The notes under the pieces: model-generated
Told to the model about the DNA's origin: nothing
Seen by the model: only the letters and a program-made list of their open reading frames with translations
Database searches by the model: none
Assembly (NCBI GenBank): GCA_043228905.1
Contig: JBHGNT010000018.1
Location: 13,330,001 to 13,394,000, forward strand
DNA: 64,000 nt
Direction of reading: 5' to 3'
DNA from: Azolla caroliniana
Taxonomy: Eukaryota; Plantae; Polypodiophyta
Program-made: the position numbers and the translations under genes
Shown here: positions 1 through 12,300 of the stretch, piece after piece
How positions within the stretch are numbered: the first letter of the stretch is position 1
Layout of the letters: each line of letters begins with the position of its first letter

Positions 1-1595
1 TGAGCTCAAGGGATGATGCCTATGCTCAACAATCTCAATGTGTGCTTAAACTAGATCAATTACAACTCTTCGCCACATGCATGCTCCATGACGACTCTTT
101 GCTTGAGGAGATAGCCAAAGCACTTCCCACCGACAAATTTGCCAACGCAATTTAGGAAGGTCTTATTGATCCGTCTAAATCCAAGAGCAAGGAAGACCTG
201 AACCGCTTCAGATTCGAGGGGGGGTTGCATTACCGAGATCAACTCTTATATGTTTCGGAGGGCTGATGTCGAATTCAAGTTCTCCAAAAGTGTCATTATG
301 ACCTCTTGGCTAGTCATTTTGGCGTTACAAAGACACTCGAATTAATCTCACGAGGATATTGGTGGCCTCAACCATGGAAATTCGTCAAGGAATTCATCAA
401 GACATGTCATAGTTGTGCTAGATCCAAAGTCGTCCACCATAGGCCATATGAGTTGCTCCGACCACTTCCCATTCCCAACTGGCCTTGGGCATCAATTTCC
501 ATGGATTTCATCACTGACTTGCTTCTTGTCCACAAATATGACACAATGCTCGTCATGGTAGATCGGTTTACAAAAATGGCTCATTTTGCCCCTTGTGCAA
601 AGACTATTTCTGTAGAAGCAACAACTGATCTATTTTTAAAGAATGTGGTGCGGCTTCATGGGGTCCAAGATGATGTCACCTCAGATCGCAGACCCCAATT
701 TGTTTCTTGTTTTTGTGTGGCTCCTTCAAACATTGGGCACAACAGTGAATTTATCTTCGTCCCATCATCCTCAAACCGATGGCCAAATGGAGCGGGTGAA
801 CCAAATTCTTGAGCAATACCTTCGATGCTCGCTTAGCTACCAGGAAGATGATTGGGTTGACCTCCTACGCTTGGTAGAGTTCACATATAATAATATGCTA
901 CATGGTTCAACTGGGGTCACCCCATTTTTCGCCAACTATGGTTTCCATCCTTGCTTCAGTATTTCCATCCCTAGCAACTCTGTCAACCCGTCAGCGGAAG
1001 GACGTGCTTGTATTTTAGCCGACATTCATCAAGACCTCTCCCTCAAACTCATCCTTGCAAGGGACCGGTATAAAGCGCAAGCTGATTGACCTCATTCTAC
1101 TACACCCGCCTTTGCAGTTGGTGATCAAGTTTTGCTCTTGTGTCGCCATGTCGATACTACTCGACCTTGCAGAAAGTTGGATTACAAGAATTTGGGGCCT
1201 TTCCGCATCATTGAATGTGTCAATCCTGTCACTCTCTGCCTGGAACTTCCTCCACATTTCCGGATTCAGAATGTTTTCCATGCCTCTCTTCTTGAACCTT
1301 ATCATCCATCCACTATTCCTGGAAGACACTCTCCACCTCCACCTCCACCTCCACCTCCACCTCCAATTGAGCTTTCCATAGGTGAGGAGTATGAGGTGGA
1401 CAAGATTCTGGACTCTCGTTGGCATCGACGACAACTTCAATACTTAGTCCTATGGAAAGGGTATCCCATTTCAGAGGCAACTTGGGAACCATCCCAACAC
1501 TTGGAGAATGCACTGGATGTTATTCATGCATTTCATCAAGGTTATCTACAAAAACCGGGGAGGCATCTTCGGAGGTGGCCTTACCAAGGGGATAA
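1..1595 (+). pseudogene. Element A pol remnant: integrase plus chromodomain, frameshifted
   Basis: ORFs 306-812, 643-1089 and 1132-1626 are consecutive pieces of one gypsy integrase-chromodomain, with a (CCACCT)n poly-Pro linker. Confidence 0.9.
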
Positions 1596-2009
1596 TGTCA
1601 TGGACATGACAACAGTCATGTCATGATTCGAACCCTTAATCTACTGTATTTAATCGATATGTTTAAACCAATACATCCAATACATAATCATGTTACCTTA
1701 CTAGATTATTGTAGATTATCTATTCTACATGCTAAGGATTTTAGAAACTTCCAGAAAGCTCCAGAAGCTACAACATTCTAGAAGCTTGTGCATGAAAATG
1801 AGTCTTTGCATGGGGCTACATTTAGAGCCCATAAACATGTATAAATACAAGGGTTCACCTTGGCCTTAGTCAAGGTGAACAACACCACTTATAGAATCAT
1901 AATTCAGTTCTTGTTCTCTTGACTACTTTTTGTCTCTCTTTCTTATTATCTTGTCTATAATCTCTCTCTCACTCTCTTAGTATTGAGCCTCTTCTACTTG
2001 TCCGTGACA
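1596..2009 (+). repeat. 3' LTR of element A
   Basis: Termini TGTCATGGACA...TGTCCGTGACA; follows PPT AAGGGGATAA; TATAAAT at 1840; similar to the element B LTR. Confidence 0.88.
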
Positions 2010-2659
2010 ATTATCCTGCATCATCTCCTTCCAAAGAGCAAATTTTTTGTTGTCGAACTTTCTGAATTTGTAACCTGTATCGGTGTCAAAGCCATTGTTC
2101 TTATGGAGTTGTTTGTGAAGCCTACACTTTTCCTTCAAGCTTCTTCCTCTTCTTATACCAGTGCTACTCAATTCCAAGATTGCTCTGATACCACCACTTG
2201 ATGGCACTATATGGTGTCTTGGTCGACTAGTGCGGAATATGCATATGGATCTTGTTAGTAGGAACAACCAAACATGAAACAAGTAAAGGATTGGTGTACT
2301 ATTCAATCATTAACAAGTTACATAGAGAATGAAAGTGAAAAACAGTTACACAAATGTCTAGATCATTATCAAATAGAAGAGTGTAGTATATTGTTTTTAA
2401 AATAGGAGAGATTAAGTAGGGTTTTCTTAATCTTTATGCGCCAAATATGAAGCAGTGAGGTCTTGTTTTTGGAGTGAAATCTTAATATAAATACTCGAGA
2501 TTGATCATTGGGTACTAGTTGGGGACTTCAATATGTTAGAGGATGTGCAAGCTAAGCAAGGTGGTAGTTTAAGTATTATTTCTGGATCTTTCGTTGATCT
2601 TCGGTCGGTTTATTCCTTTAAAAGACTACCAGAATCTTTACCTTTTTCAAGCTCTGACA
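2010..2659 (-). mobile_element. Element M: 5' end of a Ty1/copia element (LTR about 2199-2659, PBS, gag start), interrupted by element A
   Basis: Minus-strand PBS TGGTATCAGAGC at 2182-2193 followed by a copia gag N-terminus (KFDNKKFALWKEMMQD). The outer LTR boundary is tentative. Confidence 0.7.
2182..2193 (-). promoter_or_regulatory. PBS (tRNA-iMet) of element M
   Basis: GCTCTGATACCA on + is TGGTATCAGAGC on -. Confidence 0.85.
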
Positions 2660-2819
2660 AAAGGTTGGTGTCAGAACCAAGAATAAAAGATAGAGTGATG
2701 GAAGAAGGATATAAGAGAACACGAGAAGAAAGGAATGAAATGCTAAGAGAAGATTGAGTGTATTAAGATAGAAAAAGAAAGAGAATGGATACATGATATG
2801 TAATGAGAGCTAAGATGAA

Positions 2820-5800
2820 ACGTGATGACGAAGGGACCTAAGAGTTGATAATCGAGCTTAGCACATGGTCGGGTAGTCTTGATGTGACGACGAAGCAACC
2901 ACCTTAAAAGGAGACTTAAGACGATGCCAATCTGCATTGGTCTTATGGTGTAACTCGAACTAGATTTGTTGTAGTCAGTGGAGGTGATGCGCCGCACTAG
3001 GGTTTCATGACACCTCGGGAAGATCCAGGATACACCATCGAGGGTGATTGCCAGTGTAGGCAAAGAAAGGTGTAACTTTGGTAGAAGAGTGTACCATGTT
3101 GTTGTATGCAAACTTGGCAAGATGTAAAATATTACTCCAATCATCTTGTTCATAATTGATGAAGCATCGAAGATACTGCTGGAGCGTTTGATTTATGCGC
3201 TATGTTTATCCGTTAGTTTGTGGATGATAAGGCAAAGAGAGTTTGCAGAAGATTTTGAGTCCTATCCAACGGTGCTTCCAAAAGTGAGATAAATTGAGGA
3301 CCTCGATCGCTAATAATATCGTTTGGGAGACCATGTTGGTGAAACACAACACACATAATGAGATCTGTAGTTTCTTCACTATTGACTATCTTTACACACG
3401 GTACAAAATGTGCCCTCTTGGTGAACCGATCCACTACTATTAAAATAGTTTCAAAGCCTTTGGAAGGTGACAAATCTGTAATGAAATCCATAGAAATAGA
3501 CTGGCGTGGCTTGTTGGGAGGCGGGAATGGTTGTAGTAAGCCATAAGGATGATGGCTGGGTATTTTGGCGTGACAGCAGGTGTCACACGTGCAAACGTAA
3601 TCTTTGACAAATTTTTGTAAGTGAGGCCACCAAAAAGAATGTTTCACCAACTCAATGGTCTTGGCAATACCAAAATGTCTAGCCATGGGGGCATCATGAC
3701 AATGTTCTAACACTTGAAGTCGGGGTGATCCGTTAGGCATATAAAGGAGATTCTTGTAGAAGAGTAATCCATCTTGCCACTTGAAGTCCTGATAATGTTG
3801 AGATGACCCTTGCAATGTGGAGCAAGATGGACGACTTGAACCAATGTGGGCTATGACATCCTTAACAAAATCATCAGCGTGAAGTTGTTGCCGAATAGTT
3901 TCAAGAAGGCTTGAAAGTGGCGTGACATAAATTGTTGTTGCCTGTAACATTGATGGCCCGAGGAGAATTGGCTTTTAATTGTTGAAGGCCGGATCTCCAA
4001 GTCGAAGTGCTAGATACGAACGTCGAGACAAAGCATCTGCTTTCCCTTGTTGTTTTCCTAGGTGAAAAATGATCTTGAAATCGAAACGCGTTAGAAATTC
4101 GGCCCACCAAGCTTGTCCTCTATTTAATACTCAAGATGTTTGAAAATATGTGAGATTTTTATGATCACTATAAATGATAATCTGATGAGGCAATCCTTCT
4201 AGGAAATGTCGCCATTGCTCGAATGAGTCGACCACAACTAGTAACTCCTTGTCATGCACCTCATAGTTTATCTCTGTAACAGTAAATTCTCTCGAATGAA
4301 ATGCGACTGGATGAGTCTAGTTGTCCTCACTTGGTTGCGATAGGATACTCCCCAATGCGAAGTCTGACGCATCGCCTCAATAGTAAATGGCTTTTCGGGA
4401 TCAATATGCGCTAGGATAGGTGCTGTTGTGAATGCCTCTTTAAGCTGAGTAAAAGCCTTGTCCGCTTCGATACTCCAAAAAAATGCTTGATTTTTCTTGT
4501 GAGTTGAGTGAGGGGCAACACAATGCTTGAATAATTATGTATGAATTTGTGATAGAAGTTGGCAAATCCAAGGAAACAGTGGATGTCTCGAACTGAGCAT
4601 GGGGGTTGTCATTCCAATATTGTTTGGAGTTTTGTCAAATCCATGAAAATGCCCTTGGATGAAATAGTGTATCCCAAATATTCGACTTTTTTGCTGTCAA
4701 AATTGCATTTCTCAAGTTTGGCATAAAGACCATACTTTGTTAGGCGTTCAAGTACTTTCCGCACATGTATATCATGGTCCTCCTATGTTTTACAGTAAAT
4801 CAATAGATCATCTAGGTAGATGATGAGAAAGATATCCAAGAAATTCCGGAAAATGTCATTTGCCATATGTTGAAAACTATGGGTGCATTTGTGAGCCTGA
4901 AAGGCATGATTGTATACTCGAAATGACCATACCGAGAACAAAATGCAGTTTTCCTCTCATCTCCCGGTTGAATTCGAACAAGATTATATGCACCCCTTAG
5001 ATCAATTTTGGTAAAATGCTTTGCCCCAGCAATGCGCTCTAAAAGATTGGAGATTAAAGGTAGAGAATACCTATTCCTTATGGTGACTTTATTTAAGCCT
5101 CGATAGTCCACGACCAAACGAAGTGAGCCATCCTTTTTCTTCACAAGAAAGATAGGAGGACCAGCTGAAGACTTTGAATGTTGAATAAACCGATGTGCAA
5201 GATTGTACTCGATGTATTCTCGAAGAACCTCAAGCTTAGTTGGTGACAAATTGTAAATCAAACCCCACGATGGCTCTTTTCCTGGTTGGAGGTCAATAGG
5301 GCAGTTGTATGATTGATGGTTTGGAACAACAGTAGCTTTGACTTTGTCGAAAACATCACCATAGTCTTGATATTTTTTGGGAATTTGGATGTCTGAATTC
5401 CCTTGAGTGGCACTAGAAGGTGTTATTGATATTGCAAATAAGAAAAGGCCCTCATTGCCTCCGACTTGGCACAATTGTTGCAATGTGATGGTTGAAATTT
5501 GATGAAAAGGAGTTGGTGCATTGGTAGAACTATATTCTTTAAGAGAATAATCTTGAGTTCCATCCTTGGCAATGATATTTTCTGCTAAAGGGCACCAAAT
5601 TTCTCGCTTCCTCTAATTGATTCTAGGGTTATGTAGCTCGAACCATGGCAAACCGAGGACAATTGGATGCTTAAGACTACAGATTATGGTAAAGGAAACT
5701 ACACTGTCATCCTAAATCACCTAAGAGTATGTATATTGGATCATACTCTTCGAATATCTTCCTAGAAGCTATGGGACATCCATCAATCACTACTACAGAA

Positions 5801-7134
5801 ATTGGAAAAGGAAGTGTATGCAAGGATATTTGAATTGGCTCCAATATCTAAGAGGGCTTGGACTTGAAGTTGACAACTCAGTTTCCTAACTGGTACTTGG
5901 GCTAAGAAGACTCCACTAACATGCTTGGAAGAAATAGAATGCACACTAGGCGGTACATATCTAGGGTTGTCCAACTTATTTTGGCCAGAATTATTTGTTT
6001 GACTCCTCTTCCAATTTTCATAGGACTTCAAACTTATTGGACAAGAGTGGATTATTCATCATATTAGATTCACTAACTGCTTCAAAAATGTTGGACTCAT
6101 TTTTATTGTCATAGTGAATTTGATTTACCTGACATCTCGGTTTGCGGAAGCAATGAATGGCTATATGTCTTGGACCTTCACAATATAAGCACAAGAGGCT
6201 TGCTCAACATCGTTGCTTCTCGTCTTCTAACAACTATCCTCGTTGTTGAGTCATATCGATGTCCATCGGTGTAGGACTATCCACTGGGACTAGACTACAT
6301 GTTTGCCTTAGAGTTGGAGCATTGCTATATGTTTGCCTTGGAGATGATTCGCCATTATTGATGCATAAGTTGGTGTGAATCTTGATCTTGTTATTTCTTG
6401 TTGTCGCTCACATCGATGCTCAAAAAGGTGATCAACACACTGTATTGCTCGACTAATAGCTTTTGTAAGTGACCTTGGATCCTCGGGGAAGGTAAGAAGT
6501 AGTCTTTCACATCACTACAAAGGCCGGAACGGAATTGCTCCATTAGGGTTTGTTCATCCCAAGGAATATCGCTTGTCATGAGATGGAAATTGGTTACATA
6601 TGTCAATGCTGGCTGATCACCTTGACATAGTGTTCTTGCCCCATCAGTATGTCTGAAGCAAGCCTTAAATTCTTTGATAAATTCCTTGAAATTATTTAGT
6701 AGACGAGAATTTGTCTCTAGCAATGGAGAAAACCACGACAACGTTATGCCAGTCAATAAGGTGCCCACTAACCCTACTCATGATGCATCTATCGGATAAC
6801 GTGTGGGATGCATTTGAATCACCAACCGTACTTGATTCAAGAAACCTCGGAAATGCGCCCTCAAACCATCAAATTTAGTTGGGAGGCTAATTTTGGGCTC
6901 CTTGATAAGTCCTTGACCTTCGAACCTTTGTTGTTCTAACACTACGATTGTTGACTCTAACTGTTGAACCCGTCACGTGAATTCCTCTTGTTGTTGTTGC
7001 TTCTCTATAGTAACCTTTTGTAGATCCCGAAGTAGACGTTGATTCTCTACTTCAAGAGATGCGAGCTTGGATTTAAGATTCTCTAAATTTTCTGCAACAA
7101 GGGTGAGATATTCTTATGAGTTGATGGTGGCCAT
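2820..7134 (-). pseudogene. Element D gag-pol remnant
   Basis: Gag (LTGITLSWFSPLLE), protease (ALLDIGA), RT ([21 protein letters not shown]), integrase (SISMDFITDL, SDRGPQF); many stops and frameshifts. Confidence 0.9.
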
Positions 7135-7159
7135 GGTTTCGTGATAGTTATAGAGGAGG

Positions 7160-7162
<3 letters not shown>

Positions 7163-7205
<43 letters not shown>
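7163..7205. repeat. (AG)n microsatellite in the element D leader
   Basis: Run of about 20 AG units. Confidence 0.95.
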
Positions 7206-7209
<4 letters not shown>

Positions 7210-7265
7210 GAATGAAACTATCAGAACCAAGAATAAAAGATAGAGTGATGGAAGAAGGATGTAAG

Positions 7266-7506
7266 TGTAATGTTCATTGGGGGTTATCATATTGTAATAT
7301 TTGAGTCGTTGGTTTTATTGGACTGACCTAATGTGTGTCATTGGGTACCCCACACATGATTCGTCATGTAGATGTCATTACATGGCCTAGGTTCTATAAA
7401 TAGGGGATACTCTCATTATTAAGGGAGAGCCCCATGAGTGGTTCTGATGAAGCTCTCTTTGATGTGGACTAGTCATCTACCAAGGTCCTGACGTGGAGAT
7501 CTTGCA
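7266..7506 (+). repeat. 5' LTR of element C
   Basis: TGTAA...TTGCA termini and TATAAATAGG. Followed by TATGG, then the element B insertion, then GATGGTATTAGAG, i.e. a split Met-type PBS. Confidence 0.7.
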
Positions 7507-7511
7507 TATGG

Positions 7512-7931
7512 TGTCATACACAGGATGCCACATGGAATAGTGGGGGTTGAACCCATGACCTTCTGGTCTTATTGGGCAACCTTACTAGTTGAGCTACATC
7601 CATCTATGCATTATTGTATTGTATAAGATCCAACTTATTTCATTATAGATTGATCAGTAGAACTTTCAAGAACCTTCTAGAGAATGCAGCTTAATGCACT
7701 CTCTAGAAGTTTCCATGCACTCTCTAGAACAACACCAATTATGAAAGCATAATTCAGTTCTTGTTCATTTGCTATTTTCTCTCTCTCTCTCATGCTTGCT
7801 TTCTTGTCTATGCTCTCTCTCCCGCTATCTCTTAATATTGACCCTGGTCTACTTGTTAGTGACAATATTTTGATCTTGCTTATGCTCTCGCTCTCTCTTA
7901 GTACTTAGGCTCATTCCACCCATTCGAGACA
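7512..7931 (+). repeat. 5' LTR of element B (TATA/R region deleted)
   Basis: TGTCATA...CGAGACA; aligns with 36702-37652 apart from an internal deletion near 7710-7727. Confidence 0.9.
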
Positions 7932-7933
7932 GT

Positions 7934-7944
7934 TTGTTCACCTT
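7934..7944 (+). promoter_or_regulatory. Self-priming PBS of element B
   Basis: TTGTTCACCTT, 2 nt after the LTR, is the reverse complement of AAGGTGAACAA at the predicted TSS (36966). Confidence 0.75.
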
Positions 7945-7964
7945 CCCATTTTCTAAGCCTCAGG

Positions 7965-9377
7965 ATGTTGGATCTTACCGAGAGAATAAATCAGCTCATG
8001 GAAGCCATGCATCAACTTCAACTTGATAATGACAACCTTCGGGAATCATTACAAAAGCTTCAAGTTGGAAAAACGATGGAACTCAAAAAAAAAAACAACT
8101 CTCCTCCTGCATCAACAAATGTGCTGCCTATAGAGCCCGGTTCCTTGTCTAGGCTTCCTCCAACTCCTCCCCATTCAACTACAAGTATGGAGCCCAAGAT
8201 TAGTTTACCTGACAAGTTCGATGGCACGAGGAAGCACATCCGAGGGTTCATAAATCAGATCAAGCTTATTATCCAACTACAACCTCAATAGTATGCATAT
8301 GATTTTCTTCAAGTTGGTCTCATCGAGACCCTTTTGTCAAGAGTTGCACAATCCTGGTTTGCACCGTTGCTCGAAACTTCATCACCACTTCTACAAAATT
8401 TTCTTGCCTTTCTGGCATAGTTTGAGGAAACATTTGGGGATATGGACCGACACTGAACTGGCATTACCAAACTCTATTCATTACATCAAGGTATGTGTCT
8501 GGTATCCATTTATGCCTTTGAGTTTAGACAATTAGCATGTGATGTTCAGTGGGATGGCAAAGTGCTCTGCAACCATTTTCGTCGGGGCCTTCGAAGCGAG
8601 ATTAAAAATTTACTACTCAACTTTCCGGAGCCTACGTCATTGTCGCAAGCCATCACGCAAGCAGTTAGTTGTGACAATCTTTTGTTTGGGCTTCGTCAAG
8701 AGGAACGAGCAGCTTCAAGGTGGCAACCCTCTTCGAGATCTTCTCCATCGTTATCGTACGATGACCCCAAGCCGATGGAAATTGATCGATCTCACGCCCC
8801 GCCACTCACCGAATCAACAGACTATGTTTATATTGTGGTGCATCCATCCATCTAATTTGTTTTGCCCAATCAAGAATAATCGAAGACATATATCCACAAA
8901 CAATAAGACAAGATGACCCCAACAACCGGAAAATGACGATGTCCAACTACAATAGGAGCCATGTAGTTGGACAATTCGCATTCGTGTCGCTCCCATAGTT
9001 CGGCTACATCGGCAGAAGATTTCTCCTTTCCGATAAGCATCCATTTCAAGTCTATTTCAATTAGGTCCTTAGCACTTCTCGATTCCGGGGCAACAATGTG
9101 TTTTATGGATGAAAGGTTCGTTCGTAAACACAACTTTTCGATTGTCCGATAGTTCAAGCCAATCCCAGTGGAAGCTATTGATGGACACATGCTTTCTTCG
9201 GGCGCAGTCATTAAAGCCACTGTCCCACTTATCTGACAGCTGGGGGACCACCAGGAGGCCCTAAGATTTTAAGTTATCACTTCACCACGACATCCCGTCA
9301 TCCTTGGTTTGTCTTTGGCTGAAGGCACAGAATCCACTTGTTGATTGGCGCAATCACTTGATTACTTTCTCCCAAAC
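7965..9377 (+). pseudogene. Element B gag and protease remnant
   Basis: EPKISLPDKFDG, FRQLACDVQW, PMEID, ALLDSGAT; stops present. Confidence 0.9.
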
Positions 9378-12300
9378 CAGCTCAGAGGTGCAAGCACCAA
9401 CACCACCTGCGAAGATAGCGGAAAACCGCACACCAACACCACCCGCAGAGCAAGAACTAAACCACACATCTCTGGTACAACCTCCCGAAGACTACGCCAT
9501 GCCGTACCCGTATCTGAAGTACCGTGATGACCCTGACGCGGAGGTGCACGTCTATGTGTTCCTACAAACATGGGAAGCGAATCATGTATCCCAAAGGCTG
9601 ACCGAACCGGAAGCTGGACGGTAAAAAATTGCCGAATTCAGCATGACATTAGAGGGATCGGCGGCCCGCCGGTATGCAAAGAACCTGCTCGGAAGCTTTG
9701 CCACATTTGAGGCCTTGAAAACAAAATTCGAACTAGTCGGACAGTTTTACACAACTCACCAAGAGGAGCAGGAGACAGTGCCCCAATTTATCATCTAATT
9801 TCAAACACTACATAGCCAGTTAACAAGGGCACCTCCGGAGGAGGCGAAAGCGGTGTTTTTGGCCTCTCTATGGGAACCACTCCGAACGATGTGCGGGGTA
9901 CTAGATTTCCAGGCCAACACAATGGATCAAGTCATCGATCGGGTACTAGAAATGGATAAACATAACTCCCTGATGACGATGGGAGCCCTGCAAAGGGCCC
10001 TTCCAAATCAGGAGGATCTCTGGTTTTGCTAGGCGTTGTAATGCACAACGTGTCTAAACCCGGGCCATTCGACGGTAGACTGCACAATGAGGACGCAATG
10101 TATGACTTGCCACTCATGGGCACACACAATGGACCGATGCGAGTACAACTTGCTCAACCGACAAAGTGGCACTGGCGAGGATCATTGAACCATGTAGCAG
10201 TCACGAACCGGATGACGAACGGTTCCGGAGGGAGGACCGATACCGACCAGAACATGGGGATCAATACAATGAGAGAAGACGCGATGACTATAGGTGAGAT
10301 CACGACGACCGACGCAGGGAAGGCCACAATCGAGATCGATATGAACGACACTACTCATTGGATTACGACCGGAGAAGGGATGCTTATGACCGGGATTGGT
10401 ATGATAGGAACCAAGATTATAATGGTGACCGGTATGGTCACCGTTATGGTCGTGACTACTCTCCAAGCTACAACCAGAGGAGGGAGGACCAATGAGAAAA
10501 CTACAAAGACGGGCACCGGTAGGGTTACAAGAACAGACGCTTTCTTAAGACACAGAACTTTCGGAAAGAGGATCGTCGGGAGCCAGCAAAGGAGTACCAA
10601 CGAGAGCTGGATAGAGGCCTAAGTGGAACCCAACCTGAACAAAGAAGAACCGAAGAACCTAACCAAGCGGTAACCAGATTTTAACAGGGTACCGAAACAA
10701 AAGCAAAATCTAGCAATACCCGGAAGGCGTATTGTTACTATTGCCACCAGGAGGGCCATTACAACAACCAATGTCCGGTTAAAAGGAACGAAAAATGGTT
10801 GGCGATATGGTGGTAGTAGAAGTAGTGGATATACAACAAGTCACCACCAGATCAAAAGGAAAGACGACGGCGTCAGAAGCACAGGAGGCCATACGAAAAT
10901 AGACCACCGAATGGATTGAAAAGGCCAATGAACGCAATGCCACCGAAATGAAAGAGCACATGAATGTAATGGAGGAACTCACCGTATAGGCACAGCTGGA
11001 GAACCCCACATGGCAAGCACTTCAGCAATGCCAAATCACATTACCACTGGGCCGGTTACTGCAACTAGTGCCCTGGTTCACTGACGGGTTGAAATCGGTG
11101 ATGGATTTGTTAAGTCCTGCACCGCCTTCGGCATTCTTTTCAAATCCGGAGGAAGGACCAACAGTGGTGGACACCAGCAATCCTGCAATCACTGCGATTA
11201 TTAAAGGACGGGAGGTATTGGGTACGATACTTGATGGTGGATCAAGAGTAAACATGATAAGCCTCCGGACATGCGATAGTTTGGGAATTCAGGAGTGAGA
11301 ACCATGCTCATTCTAACACCGGATGGCGGACACCAGCTCAGTCTGACCGAACGGCTTGATCCAGGACTTGGAGGGGATAATCGGAGGTCAAGCTTTCCGA
11401 ATTTCTGCAGTAGTCCTCCACTTGAACGCTCAAGGGTCATAGCCTTTGTTGCTAGGACGACCATGGCTGAAGACTGCCCATATCAAACAGAACTGGTAGA
11501 AAAACAATATTACCTTCCGTAGAGGGAAAATGAAAGTAAGAGTACCCACACAACTGCAAGCAGGCCCCTACAAAGACGTGACCCCACTATATGCCGAAAG
11601 CGTGAACATGCTGGTAGGACTGACCGACGAGGAGGTGGATTGCTACCTTGAAGAGAACCCAAGGATAGTCCCTTTGTCCGAAGTGGACATGGTAGAAGCG
11701 ATATCTCCATACATTGTGCAAACGGAAGAGGCCGGGGAGGAACCGGATAAGGATGCACTCTGGGAACTGCGGCAAGCACAGGAGGCCTTGGAACGGGAAA
11801 TGGCGGCATCCCAACGAGTAAAGGCGTCCCAACTAGAAGAAGTAAATTTGGGCACCGGAGAGGAAGCACATCTGGTACACGTGGCCAAGGAGACCCACCG
11901 GAAGACAAATCGGCAATGATAACATTAATATAAGAATTCTGAGACGTATTCTCCTGGTCCTACAAAGATATGCGGGAACTTGACCCCCAACTCTATCAAC
12001 ACCAGATTCATCTCAGCAAGGACGCTAAGCCAGTGGCACGGCGATGCTATCTGATGAACCCAAACTACGCAGCAAGAGTAAAGGAGGAAATTGACAAGCT
12101 ACTCCGGGTCGGCTTTATCCGGCTGGTGAAGAAAGCCACTTGGCTAAATCCAAATATCATAGTATCGAAAAAGAATGACAAGATCCGTGTCTGCGTGGAT
12201 TACCAGAAATTGAACGCGGCAACGGTTATCGACGCATTTCCGCTTCTGTTTACGGATGGAGTTTTAGATGTGGTAGTTGGGCACGAGGTTTATAGCTTTC

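Larger units (their letters stand above)
1..2009 (+). mobile_element. Element A: 3' part of a Ty3/gypsy chromovirus (Tcn1/Tf1-like) LTR retrotransposon
   Basis: Integrase (GHFG..KT, SISMDFITDL, HPQTDGQ), GPF motif, chromodomain (YEVDKILDSR..QYLVLWKGY..TWEP), PPT 1586-1595 and 3' LTR 1596-2009. Confidence 0.93.
2669..7265 (-). mobile_element. Element D: degenerate Tf1/Tcn1-type gypsy element; 3' LTR truncated, 5' LTR interrupted at 7265 by element C
   Basis: The LTR end T(G/A)TCAGAACCAAGAATAAAAGATAGAGTGATGGAAGAAGGAT occurs at 2669 and 7219. Gag, PR, RT, RH and INT remnants lie on - between them. Confidence 0.88.

Noticed and set aside
1333-1364. Poly-Pro or (RW)n / (LH)n peptides
   Set aside because: A simple (CCACCT)n microsatellite in the integrase-chromodomain linker.
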